NCBI GenBank assembly: GCA_011109175.1
Contig: RDEW01000008.1
Span: 67,228 to 131,227 of the forward strand
Source: Dicyema japonicum
Taxonomy: Eukaryota > Animalia > Dicyemida
DNA: 64,000 nt
Direction of reading: 5' to 3'
In this document: positions 26,950-38,984 of the stretch, piece after piece
How the letters are laid out: every line of letters starts with the position of its first letter
Position numbering within the stretch: the first letter of the stretch is position 1
Notes under the pieces: generated by a model
What the model was told of the DNA's origin: nothing
What the model saw: only the letters and a program-made list of their open reading frames with translations
Databases searched by the model: none
Made by a program: the position numbers and the translations under genes

Positions 26950-27360
26950 TCTGCGGGAATATGCGATCTTCCATGAGAGGCGTGATCCAGGCTGTCGAGA
27001 AATTGATCGAAATTTACGATATTTCCTGATGTTAAACGAAGCAGTTGAAAATGATAAATTGAGAATGCTGGAAATTCTCTGATGGTTTTTCCTTCATTAA
27101 AATGCCCAATAATCATTTTTTTACGAAATCTGATAAATGTTTTTTTCCGGGAACCGCACATAGCCTACATTTAGAATTCACGCCAAAAGTGAGCAATTTT
27201 TTGTGTCACGCTATTTTTTAATTTTGCTTTAAATTCGTTAAATAAAGCGAATATTTAATTTAAAAAATAAAATTAATAAATGAGCTCAAAGATTTTAATT
27301 TTATTAATTTTCAAATAAAAAGCATGAAAATATTGATGAGCAATTTTCATTGACCGGTAC
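26950..27360 (-). mobile_element. Tc1/mariner 5' fragment
   Basis: TIR-like GTACCGGTCAATGAAAATTGCTCA with an internal AAATTGCTCA repeat near 27190; HTH IIGHFNEGKTIRE...NIRKYRKF..I.RQPGS. Confidence 0.65.
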
Positions 27361-29766
27361 AAAAAGAAAATTGAAGTGAAGAGTATTTCAATTGTGTCGA
27401 TCTTTAATGAATTCTAATAAAAACTGAAAAATATGGTCCGTAGTGATGTGGAACAACATATCACTTATTGAGTTAAGGTCAAAAAATATTAATGAGATTT
27501 TGTGAATATATGGAGAATGTGTTTTTTTAATTTTTGTTTGACACTACGATGACATCAATGTGGACGGACAAGGAGGGCTGTAAATAAGGGATAAGATTAC
27601 TACTCTCAGCTAATTTTAATCTTTGCCTCTACCGCTTCAAGAGAAGTCTATTAACGACAACGTACCCTACAATGTTCAATTCTGAAAGTTACGTTAACTG
27701 ATGTTAAGTGACCTGTGTAAAGCTTTTCGACTCGAAGGATTTAACTGCGAATTTGCTCAATGGACGCAGAGGGATGATAATATCTGAAACTACCAAGTTG
27801 GTTGAAAAATATTCTCCTTTACTGTGTACCACGGGGATCACCTCTGTCATTCCAAACTGCGAAACACCATGGTTAAACTCGGAAGATATAATCTTGCATT
27901 TAGAGATGATCCCAGCCGTTAGACAGAGACTTAGTAACACATTTTATTGTTGGGTACACTTTTTTAGATACTTAACCTAAGAATATGAAATTGTAAAAAA
28001 CGGTGGGATATATTATAAAAATAATTTTATTATGTCCGTGTCTTATCAAGAATTGTTTTTCTCGGCTAAAATGCGTCGTTCTCGATCTTCCTTGGGAATT
28101 TAAACTCGAAGATAACTCGTTCGATGTGTGGGGACAAACAGAGACGGCCTTGTTCTAAGGAATCTGTGTATTCTGAATTTTCCATTGTGACGTCATCGAC
28201 ACTAAATAGCGCTTGGGGTTGGAGATAGCACTGGTGTCTACATCTGTTGTGGCATCGTCGAGATACTAGAGATTTAGCTGTGCATCAAATGATCTCACAG
28301 CATCATCAATTTTCAGGAAAAAATAAGAGGGGTCTGAGCGGATCTCCTTGTTGGACCCCGGTTTTTGATTTAATAAATTCAAAGAATAAATTTTGTTAAT
28401 ACCTGTCAATCCTTCGATGCGCTGCGACATCAATTCTGAAGTTAAAACTTTCCAAGTGGTAACAAATAATTCACGTTTCCTAAACGCAGTTAGGTATATA
28501 AAATTATCTTTTATTCTAAAAACAACCAACTTAGTGAAGGTAATAAAAAGTGATCAACTATAAATTTTTGCTCCAATTCTTCCTCGTTCAGATCAATCAC
28601 CACTCCAAGTCCACCCTGCTGACATGAACTCTGCTTCAACTATCTACTTCATATCTGTCTTTAATATGGATACTCTCAAAGGTCCATTTCAACAAAAAGA
28701 TTGAGTATATGCACTTATTAGAGAAGCAATTGAAAAGCTCCCATATTTTAATAACATCGGAAATCACGCAATTCAAAAAATAATGATGGCTTTGACTCAA
28801 CCCTGCTACTATTGCTTTCGTTCTAATAAAATATTCTCACCTTTAACTGAAGCAATTTATGAAGATACAATATCTGAAGTAGGACGACTGGGTCCAGAAC
28901 TGCATGAGCTCAACGAATCAATTAACTTGAACTTTATTGCAAGATTGTGTAATTTGTGATATACGTCGTATTCAAAAACCTGGGAACGACCCAGAGTCAT
29001 ATCGATCGGCTCCATTGTTTTGCTCAATAACTATTTACTAAATTAAAATTATTCCAAAGACCAAGGGTAACTAAACTAACTCCTTGATCCTAACTAGTTC
29101 CAGCATTCCAGAACTCGTCTCCAGGTAACGACATTGTCCCCCGGGGAAGAATAGTTGGATCCTCTTGATGCTGGCCAGGCATTTGGGGCCTCCTCAGTAA
29201 GGTAGATCCAATGACGCCATGCGGCCAATATTATTGGTCTCCATTAGTTACTAGTTATGGAGAGCCTTGTCCTTTTGAAAATAGAAAATGTTATATACCT
29301 TTCTAACATAGGTTCGAAGTAGAAAAATCAACATTTATTATCTTCTTTGACAGACAGCATACTTCTCTCTGGACATAGTAAATTATTTTTCGACATGTTT
29401 CTCGCTCAATCGAATCCATTATCGATTCTCATTCGGAAGATCTTCCAAATTTGAATGTCTGAAAGGCTCAAACTTTGGTCGGGTAAGTTCCTTAATCGTC
29501 GAAGGTGCTCTGCCTACCTAAATCGCCTACAATCTGTCTCGACTTCTACCTAATGGTGTAGTCTAAGAATCTTAATCTGTCCCATTATTATTCAAGTGAT
29601 TATTTGAAGACCTTCCAATACCAGGAGTTAAAATAACATTTAAAAATTTTTCCCAATTAATCTTTAAATAAAAATAAAATTTTTCGCTTTTTGAATGAAA
29701 AAGATACCGATCTCTCAAAACAAAACTTAGAGATTGTTAATGACTTGAGTAGATAGACTGCTCTTA

Positions 29767-30627
29767 TCAACCCGACCGCCCAGACGCGATGACATAACAA
29801 AAATAACTAATCATTGGAATAAACAAATTAATTAAGACAATAATATAATATTTCCCCTCTTATCCCACATAGTCTCAATAAAATATGAAAATTAGCCAGT
29901 TGATAACCAAACTGTTTCTAAACGTTAAACTCACAAATTACCAATACTTTGGCCTTTTCTGGGGTTAAAACGTCCCCCACTGAGCACAAATGGTAATCAG
30001 CAAGCAATACAACCTTACCTGAAAATTAACACAAGCATAACCATTCTCTAATGAAGTGGGGAGACCCAATGTCCTCAAGTAGGGCTCAATCGAGTGAGGA
30101 AACCTATCCAGTACTCCTGACTCCAAATCTACGTCCACCGTGGACTTGAAACCGGCACAGGCATATGTAGGGACCATTACTTTGGCAAAATATCTATAAT
30201 AAGTACCACAGTTACTTTATAATGTCTTCCTTAGTCTGATTAGTGAACAACAGCCCTCGACCACCTGAGATTAGAGATGAGATCTTGTGCAGTCCAGGAA
30301 ACAGTTCCTCTTCCGGATTGGTCCCTAATGCCTTCGCCATGACTTTTTTCTTCCCAAAAAAGATTCTGAAGTGATTATAAACACAACCTCGAATCAGTTA
30401 AACCCACTCTGACATCTCTCATTGCTGAGTTTAAGAAGTTGTGCGCTGAAAAGACAAACAGATGGTCATATTTAATGATGGCATCGCGAATCCACAATTA
30501 GGTTAAAGATTATACGTTTTCTATTAGGTCCTGTTTGTGTTTAGCTCCTTTCTTTTGTGTTTGCGTTAAATTGACTTGTTTTTAGTCGCTAATAGATACC
30601 TTTAATCTTCCTCTTTGATTTTGGCAT
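29767..30627 (-). CDS. MRTO4: mRNA turnover protein 4 (ribosome biogenesis factor)
   Basis: MPKSKR.....LTQT.KKG, IFFGKKKVM..ALG, GLLFTN, FPHSIEPYLRTLGLPT and VLTPEKAKVLKQFG. Six introns of 22-25 nt; intron 2 ends in GG. A probable 1-nt deletion before MWD makes the stop uncertain (29832 or 29767). Confidence 0.95.
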
Positions 30628-30641
30628 GAAGTAGAAGGAAA

Positions 30642-30647
30642 CACGTG
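30642..30647. promoter_or_regulatory. E-box CACGTG 14 nt upstream of the MRTO4 ATG
   Basis: Exact CACGTG at the edge of a roughly 100-bp almost pure A/T tract. Confidence 0.35.
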
Positions 30648-30769
30648 AAATTTAAATAATTTTATATTAATAAATTTTAATTTTTTAATAAAAATAAATT
30701 TTAATTAATTTTACTACATTAATTTAATTTTACATTTTTATTTACTAAAATAATTTTGAGTGATGCCAC

Positions 30770-31255
30770 TGCGTGCTTGTGTTGGATCGATGGATGATTA
30801 TCGGGCCAAGCTGAGAGTCTTATTGAAATTCGCCGGGCCTCCTTGACGAAAACAGCTTGAGGATCGGGGTGTCACTGCGCCTAGGATTGGACATGTGCCA
30901 GAGACACAAATGCTGTTGCGGCGGGGACGTTGATAAGAAAGGATTACATCCACTCTCTTGCCGACTGAGTGCTGGTCGAGCCCCACGTTACGCAGCCCTC
31001 AATGACATCATCTTTCGAGCCCTCAAGGCTGCGGGATTTCCGGCCCAATTGGAATCATTGGGCTTAGACAGAGGCGACGGGAAGAAGCCGGATGGAATGA
31101 AGTTATTCTCATACTCCTACGGAAAATCACTTGTCTCGGACGCAAAGTGTGTGGACACCTTCTCAGGAGCCAGATTGCTGACGGCGAAGCAGCCGACCAG
31201 GCGGAGGTCAAGAAGATCCATAAGTACGAGTCCATTACCATTTCGCCCCCATTGC
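30770..31255 (+). mobile_element. CRE-type RLE fragment
   Basis: LRLGLDMCQRHKCCCG...HPLSC...KKPDG...DAKCVDT. Confidence 0.85.
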
Positions 31256-31329
31256 TAAGAGACAACTGGAACTGTAGGCGCAAAGACGGAAGAAATACAA
31301 TTTTCGTTGATTGAAAAGTTATTTTTTGG

Positions 31330-31560
31330 GAAGGCCATGATTGCATAGAGGCCTATGTTTTTCAGAACTATTGCAGGGATTCCGTCCGGACCACAGGAAT
31401 AAGTCGACTTTTGACCCTTGACCATATTCTGTACGTTCTCCACAGAGAGGACAATCGGGGAGGTGGCTCTTTTAGGTTTGAGGACTAGGATGGATGGACC
31501 TTCGAATTTCTTGTGTGGGATAAAACTCGTGGAGAAGTAGTACTTCATAAGTTTGTTTAG
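31330..31560 (-). mobile_element. Jockey-like LINE fragment
   Basis: SCGPDGIPAIVLK, the RT domain-0 motif. Confidence 0.6.
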
Positions 31561-31904
31561 GAAGATCTTGTTCTCATTTTAATCACGTGTGGCCGGGTTG
31601 TCAGCGTTACTAAAGCTTCTAAGTGTTTTACACATTGTTGAAAGAAAGTTCTGTTTGTTTAATTGTTTAAATTAGGTTTTTTCCAAACTTTCTCTTGTTT
31701 CTTTTTTGCATTGTTCCTGATCTCTCGTTCTAATGTACGAATTCTCAATCTTGTTTCCCAGGATTGTTTTTGGAGGCTTTTTAAGTAATTTCTTTCTTTT
31801 ATAAGTGGATCGGCTCTGGGGGAAGAATAATCCAACAATAGAAATTATTAATATTAATTTTATATTTTAAGTAATAAAAATTAAGAAATATTTAAATTAA
31901 AACG

Positions 31905-32390
31905 TGGCTTTAAGTGTGTCGGTTTTTATCTAGCATTACAAGCCCCCTCGGCTCTGCCAGAGGATTATCCAATGCTGACATTAATGGTAGCTGATTTAAT
32001 CATGCTATAACATTCATTACAATACAAATTACTCAAAATTAGTAAATTAATAAGGCTAAAATTAATTTTTTCCGTAATTTCAGCAGTTTTTTCAAAGACA
32101 GTGATTCTACAGCAGAAAATGGTTCCTTAATCTATAAAGAGGTTATGAATTCGAGCATATATAGAATATTGAAAGTGCCAAATCAGAGATCTAAAGTTAG
32201 GTTATTAGTAAATCGATACCACCCAGAGGGATTTTGAGATGAAGCTCTTTGTGCCGTTGGAGAACTGATATTTGATTTGCTATGAAGGATATAGAAACTT
32301 TCTCCACGAGGATATTGTCCACATCAAAAGTCTGGAAGCTTGACGCAGCCAGACTTCTACATGTAAGGTAACTAACATACTATTAATGAA
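31905..32390 (-). repeat. Dispersed repeat family C; inverted homolog at 51945-52890 interrupted by SINE insertions
   Basis: Reverse complement aligns by eye over several hundred bp (AATATCCTCGTGGA, TCATCTCAAAATCCCTCT, TTAAATCAGCTACCATTAATGTCA). Confidence 0.75.
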
Positions 32391-32399
32391 TCGAAAAAA

Positions 32400-32757
32400 T
32401 AGCGATCTTATCTAAATTGCTTAATTTTAAGGATTCGAGGAAGCTTTAAGAGTTTTGGTTCAGTTTTCAACGACTTATCTCTGTGAAAATGGATTTTCTG
32501 CATTAACAAGTATAAAGCATAAAAAACGCGCGAACCTAATGTATGTGGAACAACACCTTAGTTTATCCCTGTTAAGGACAAGGCCAAATATTACAGAGCT
32601 ATGTAAGAGACATCAGCCTCAACCATCTCACTAACTAGCATTTTATTTTTTTATATTAGTAAAATACTGATAATTGTTACAAACTATATAAGGGTTCCGT
32701 ATAAAATAAAAAATGTAGATAGGGATTTCGTTCTCTCAAAAAGGTTGGGAACCACTG
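32400..32757 (+). mobile_element. hAT Buster 3' fragment with right TIR
   Basis: FSTTYLCENGFSALTSIK...RPNITELC...QPSH*; terminus GGTTGGGAACCACTG followed by CTATAGAT. Confidence 0.85.
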
Positions 32758-32829
32758 CTATAGATTAACCTGAGTGTACTGAAGTCTACCTCTAGTCATT
32801 AATGCATCCCTAAAAACAACACACGAAGC

Positions 32830-33420
32830 CATCAACTTTTAAAAATGTCTTCCTATTTCAAATCTCCAGGTTTCCAATGCATCTTAAGGCGAGAATGAGT
32901 TATATCAATCCTGAGGACATAATAGAAATTATCTTAATTTCGGTACATCAACTGATCGACCATTCAATACGTTAAAAAGAGACTTTTATTTCCAGCTCTC
33001 TTGATATCCGATTTTTGCTTATGATTTGTATAAAAATGCTCTCAATCAACTCGTTTCGGTTATCGATACTTTTTTATGAATTATCGAACATAGGGCGTAA
33101 AAAATTAGTGAGCTGTATTCAAGATCCAAAAATTTCAGCAGCGTGTGGCTTGAAGAAGAATTGTCTTCAGTTATTAAAATGATTAAAAATAAAAATTATT
33201 AAGCCGATATCAGTTTTCCAAGAAGTTTTGATAATTTGCTGGTTAGGTAGATCTGCCTGTATGAAGCAGGTTCTTCCTCCAGTTTTCCAACTTTCAAAAC
33301 GGGTTCGATAAAAAAGTTCTTCCAAATCTTGGAAATAATATTGTAGTTATAGACAGTTAAATATTTGCGTCACTATGCAAATATAGCAAATTGCATAGTG
33401 ATTTAGGTGTTTTGGATGAA
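32830..33420 (-). mobile_element. Decayed Jockey-like LINE RT
   Basis: WKN..I.PV.K.GK...PASYRQI.LTSKLSKL motif with stops. Confidence 0.6.
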
Positions 33421-35511
33421 TTGAAGATAGTTCTTTAATCTGGCGAAACCTCTGAGATCTGCTTGTCTGAGAATAGTCTTTGGTAAGGTTACTTCTTCGG
33501 TTTATGGGCACGTACTTTGATATCCAGGTGTTTCGAGGGTGTCTTGAAGATGATCGTAGTGTAATGTTTCATAAGTAGGTTAGGGTGTATATGACAAATG
33601 TGTTCTGGATAAGTATTACCGGTTCCATTTGCATCTTCCAACTCCGATTTAAATTATTTTAGTGTTTTCCAGAATTGATGGGATGAACTTTTCCCGTTGA
33701 GGCGATTGACCAGATGACGCCATCTTTTAGTCTGGTGGTCTTTTATGCTCTAGTTGATACTTTTATTTAGTTGTCTGATGGTTTTCAAGGATTTAAAGTA
33801 AGTCGGATGACATCTTTTCATAAGGTTCCTTTGTTTTATGAATGTAAGTGTCCGGGAATTGAGGGTAGGTATAAAATTCGTGAATATAAACTTATACTAA
33901 AAAATAACTGACAAAGTGTTGTGAAGGTTATATTGGAAAAAAATTTTCTAATCTATGCTCAAGTGTAAGCGCAGGCATATCGACGCTATGGACGGTGAAA
34001 TATTGAATTAATAGGTTAATAAGCACAAATTCCGTAAATTTATGTGATAATTCTGATGTACAATTCCATTATTTTCACAGCAATATTGTTCTACAATGAT
34101 CGAGGAATGCAACAATCTAAGAAACATTGATGATACGCTGTAATATTTAAAATTATTTATTATCACAGAAATTGGAAAAACTGTCAATTCGGCAGAAATC
34201 CTGAACGTAGCTACTTTTCAGAGATAACAACTCTTTCTGTTCAAAACATATTTTTACTTCCCGGAGATATTTTATCATTTGATAAAATGATTGTTTATCA
34301 ATTGTATTAAAATATAAATTATTTATAGTTATTTCAGAGATGATCATAGTTTTGAACCTATTCATTCTAATACCTTTCCAATTAGTATTACAACATTGTT
34401 TTACATATTTTAAATTGATAGAGCCTTGAAATTTTGTTACGGACTGATATTTATTGATATTGATTTTGCAGAAACACTAATAAATCTTCTCATTATGTAA
34501 GTTGTATTATTAATTTATAGTATTTTTCCTACTGATACAATTATACAATCTTTTGTGGTAGCTGTTTCTAATCATGTTGAATTAAACGAGTACTTTTTAA
34601 TAATGAATTAGTATTCTTGTATTATGTATTGATCCAATGAACAACCCACAAGCGTATAAAATTATATTTAGTTTAGATATAATCCTAATATAGGGGATTC
34701 TATATATTTAAAAAATAATATAATGTAATTGTTTGATATTAATATAATTAGGACAAACGGCAAATCAGCAAATCGTATATGTAATTATAAATATTATTTC
34801 AGGGTGCAGTGCAATAAGAGACTCAAACAATGTGCTTGGCATGTGTAGCAAGCGTAATTAATTAATGCTAACATGACTATGGAATATAGGGATTTTCTTT
34901 AGAAATAAGATTTGGTTAATTTATTCAAATTAATTTATTTATTCAATTTTATTACGTGTTTTGAATAATATATTTATTTTTTATTGCTTTTAATATTAAT
35001 AACAAAATATAATATGGAGGCTTGGAAAAGGTTAAATGATAATTAATAAATCTTGAGTTACTTCAGATGCTTCATGAATATTTCAAAATGACTTGACGTT
35101 AATGAATAATTATAGAAAAGTTATCCAATTATTTAGGTTATCGATAAGTGGTGAAAAATATGGACATTTATGTCTAAACAACGTAAAAATTTCAATAAAA
35201 GCTAATTCGCCCTGTAATGTTTTTATTGTCTAATAAACTCTACAGAAAGATGTCAAAAGCCAATTAAGTGCTCCAATTAGCTAGATTTTTTATTCTCATA
35301 ACGTTTTCCTCCCATTAGTCATATTTATAAAGATCAGTTGCACAATATAAACCTCAATCGATGTTCTACACCGATGCCTCTGGAGAAAAATGCAAAAGTG
35401 GAAAGAGCATCGATTGTAGATGAATGGTGTTTAGTTAAATTAGTTAAATGCACTCCTGCGTTTTTCATTTAATTTATTGATCTCAGAACCACAAGAGAAT
35501 TTATTTTTTAA

Positions 35512-35734
35512 ATGTTGTCCACTCTGATTCTCTGGAAAGAACCATTATGCTGAGCAATATTACTGGGAAGAGAAGACCTGGCCGACCGAGGACTCGGTGG
35601 CTATCCACGGTGGAAGACGTCACGGGGATGCCTATATCAAGGCTACTCCAAATTGCAACGGATCGGGGAGAGTGGAGAAACTCGTTCATGAGATCTCCAA
35701 GAATTGGACACGACTTAATTGGACAACATAACAT
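35512..35734 (+). mobile_element. 5'-truncated RTE LINE insertion with 12-bp TSD
   Basis: GRPRTRWL motif, ACATA tail, TSD AGAACCACAAGA at 35485-35496 and 35735-35746. Confidence 0.9.
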
Positions 35735-36239
35735 AGAACCACAAGAAAAAAATCAGAGTTATTGTCTACATTAAGTGATTCTGATATTTATTTTGGAATT
35801 CTAGATTAATCTGCACTTTGGCCTGCTAAGAGGATCATTCAAAGAACTTATGCTCTTCACCAACACAATTGAGGCAAACAATGTTGTTTCGTTGGGGCTC
35901 ATGAGTATCAAACAGAATTGTGTGAGAAGAGATGAGGTGTTGCCTAATCTCAGTCGAAATCACATATACTAGAAGGAGGACAAGTTTGAAGACTTGATCT
36001 GGAGGTAACAGCTAACGTGACCAGGAAGACTTTCTCACATTTGAAGCTTTCAGATTCCGCGACACCTCCGCTTGTCCTCGATTGGGAGACACCTAAGGAT
36101 CCCGATAGACTACGGAATTGCCTTGGATCAGTTAGCATGACTGTTCTTACTTCATAAATAAAATCCGTAAGTACGAATCACTCAGGGATAACTACCACTT
36201 CATTCCTATTTTTTTAGAACAAATAATTAATTATTTAAA

Positions 36240-36515
36240 CGCAAAAACTAACAGTTAGCAACTGCTGGCTGTTATCATAATTGAAAAAGCATTTCCCCTT
36301 ACGATTTGTAAGGAAATGCGCTCAATGAGACAGCTCCCTTCTCTACTATCATTTTTCTTTTCGCGATGAGCGAGCCGATATTGTTCATCAGGGTCAGTGA
36401 CCTGCTTCCAATTATTCCTGTCGTTTCGAATGCCACTTGTTCGAAGATGAATTGTCTTCCAAGACATGCGTATTTTTTTATCTTTAGGATCTCAGCCTTC
36501 TCAAAAAAAGAAAAC
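36240..36515 (-). mobile_element. CRE-type 3' fragment (related piece at 38225-38330 +)
   Basis: EKAEILKIKKYACL...VAFETTGIIG...LIERISLQIVRGNAFSI. Confidence 0.8.
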
Positions 36516-36604
36516 AAAATCCATTGCACGCTACTCGCACGCTGCGCGTTGTGGTCGTTGTGGTGCTATAAGAAAAAGAAAAGAAAAGGAAAATCAGAAA
36601 GAAG

Positions 36605-37230
36605 ATGCAGCAAACTGCTAAAGAAGATGAGGACGTAATTAACCGTGTTTCCATAACGTCTCTTCCCTTTCTAATCTGTGGCAAAGCAAACGAGAGGAAA
36701 TTCGGCATTCAATGTTCCTATTGCCCCAATTTTGGACACCTTGGGTGCTATAAGCCACGACTCCTTTTCTTCTATGGACAACCCCATGTTTCACGGACAT
36801 GAACTTTTTAAAAGCCATCGACGAGAAACTGAGGACTGCCGTTGAAGAAATGCTTAACATTTCCTTTGATAAAACTGGCTAGGTCCAATACAAACTACCT
36901 CTTCGCTACAGAGGAATCGGAATACGCTGACTACTAAAACTCGCCCTCTAGGGTTTTCTATCTTAGACATATGCTTCCAGTGGTCTCAACGCCAGATCCT
37001 GAGCTACATTTACGGATCGGACGCTGAACCAGTGATATGCATGGCTCGTGAAATCTGGACATGACTGAGTGTTGGATTCCCATAAAAGCACCAATAAACA
37101 ACGAGAATGTGACAAGCTTCTATGATCAAAGATCATAAAAGAGATAAAACCTGTGCTTGATCAGCATCGTCTGGCTTCTGCATAGACGAAAGAGACTGCA
37201 GCCTGGCTCAGAGCTTTACGATGTACTTCA
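36605..37230 (+). mobile_element. Internally deleted CRE-like element with an N-terminal PHD-like finger
   Basis: ICGK...QCSYC...HLGC followed by QLPLRY.GIGIR, which matches the ATLPVRFGGLGI region of the 4790 element, and AAWL.AL. Confidence 0.6.
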
Positions 37231-37289
37231 CTTGGACACTATTGGATGACAACGCGACGAGGATTGGGGTTTCCGTTCTTTCAGATTCA

Positions 37290-38152
37290 CAGCTTTTAAT
37301 ACTCTTGAAGTTTTCCGCACCTCCTTTATCAGCTGATTAAATCTGTATAGCCATCCATTGGAAGCAGTGAAATCTTGATTTGAATTTCTATATGCAATTT
37401 TACGTGCAATTAGCTTTAAGGTTGACCCACTGAGTGGGAAACCTTTCGACCTGAAATTACGAAAAATCTCGTAAATTTTGAATTTCAATTCGGATCCAAT
37501 TCTCCCTTCCGATGTTGAGAAGCCCTGAGATAAGATTCCTTCCCTTTTCTTTTTTAGTCGGTATAGCATTCCTTTAGAAATGTTAAATCTTTCACAAATC
37601 AATTTATCCTTATAGAGACCTGACTGTATATCCTTGCAAATTCTGATCTTTTCAGAATAACTTTAAAAATTGATAATTACAATTCCTTACCAGGTTAATT
37701 AGCTTATGTTACGGGTTCGATTCTTGCTGCTGTTCACCTGGTGGAAGGTTCCACGCATCTACGATGCCAAAAGGGTTTGACGAGTGACGCCGTCATCAGT
37801 GGATACTCACTGCGGAACTGAATTGTCTAGAAAGGACCCACAAAAAGAAAAAGAAAAAAAAGAAGTGAAGATCTTGGTTCTGCGATTAGTTAAAATTAAC
37901 TGTTCTTTACTTAAATAAAGTGTGTGTCTTGCCTATGCGGAGCTATAGATATCATGACTCTCGTGAAAAGGCTATTAAAAAAATCAAAAATTATAGAAAT
38001 ATATTAATGAATCGTTTATGATAATATAAAATCTTTCCCCAGTAGGAGGTTTAGTTCTTTAAAAATCATCGTATTTTATAAAGATGGCAAAAATATTTCC
38101 CCAAAAAAAGGTTTCCCCGCTACTTGGGTTTCCCCAATTCGGGGTCGCACTG
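37290..38152 (-). mobile_element. pogo/Tigger 5' fragment with left TIR
   Basis: TA-CAGTGCGACCCCG terminus at 38152-38154; CENP-B-type HTH FRSKGFPLSGSTLK..A....F.ASNGWLYRF. Confidence 0.8.
37695..37976 (+). mobile_element. tRNA-derived SINE, 5'-truncated, inserted in the pogo fragment
   Basis: B box GGGTTCGATTC, core and 3' end CTCGTGAAAAGGCT closely match the 52252 copy. Confidence 0.9.
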
Positions 38153-38893
38153 TACATACCTTGCCTGGGACGCCACCTGTGTCGATTCCTCTCTTCCTCC
38201 AACCTCTCAACGACAGCAACTGACCCAGGCTCAGTCTCGGAGAAAGCTGAGACCCTAAAGATAAAAAAATACGCATTTTTGGAGGATTATCGGACGAATG
38301 CTTGTTTCGAAAAAATGCGACTCCCGCAAAAATTTCTGGTTGATACTGAGGCTCGAAATGGATCAAGGGAACGCCCTCGCAATCCAGGCCTCTAACTGAA
38401 AACTTTAGATGTTGTCTTTTTTCAAAAAATTAACATTTCAAGAAAAAAATAAGATTGAAAAAAGCGAATAGAAAGATTGTTAAATGTCATTAGACATTTT
38501 ATCAATTCTTTTTATTTTGTCATTGCTTAATGGGATGGTCCTCAGTATTTTGAAGAATTTTTTTTATAAAAAGTCGTGAATAAATCAAAACATGGCTAAT
38601 AACACTCTCTGTTATCGAATGGGGATTATCTACAAATTAAAATATATAAAATAACCAGATTTTGCAAATTATCTCGCAACTTTGTATGAATAAACATTTT
38701 GAAATATATTTTTATTAAAAAGAGAAGTATGTGTTTTTATTTTCATAATTCTATTTTAATTCAAAAAAAAATTTTATGCTTTTTTCCAATTGAGCTGGGA
38801 TGTTTACGCTTTAAATGTTCTATTAAGCGAGATAGCTTCATTGACTCATTGGAAAATACTGTATCACATTGCAAACAAAGCGGTTTATGAGGA

Positions 38894-38984
38894 TCCTGAG
38901 ATTTTTAATAAATCCAAAAGAAATTTATTCCTCTTTATTTATTCCTGAGATTTTTTAATAAATCCAAAAGAAATTTATTCCTCT
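38894..38984. repeat. Tandem duplication of about 49 bp
   Basis: TCCTGAGATTTTTAATAAATCCAAAAGAAATTTATTCCTCT occurs twice. Confidence 0.85.

Noticed and set aside
27700-27980. DLTANLLNGRRG resembling a PIF1/Helitron helicase motif
   Set aside because: A single weak motif with no other helicase motifs nearby.
25818-32757. One large hAT element carrying MRTO4 as cargo
   Set aside because: The two TIRs differ and the flanking 8-mers (AAGTAGGT versus CTATAGAT) do not match.
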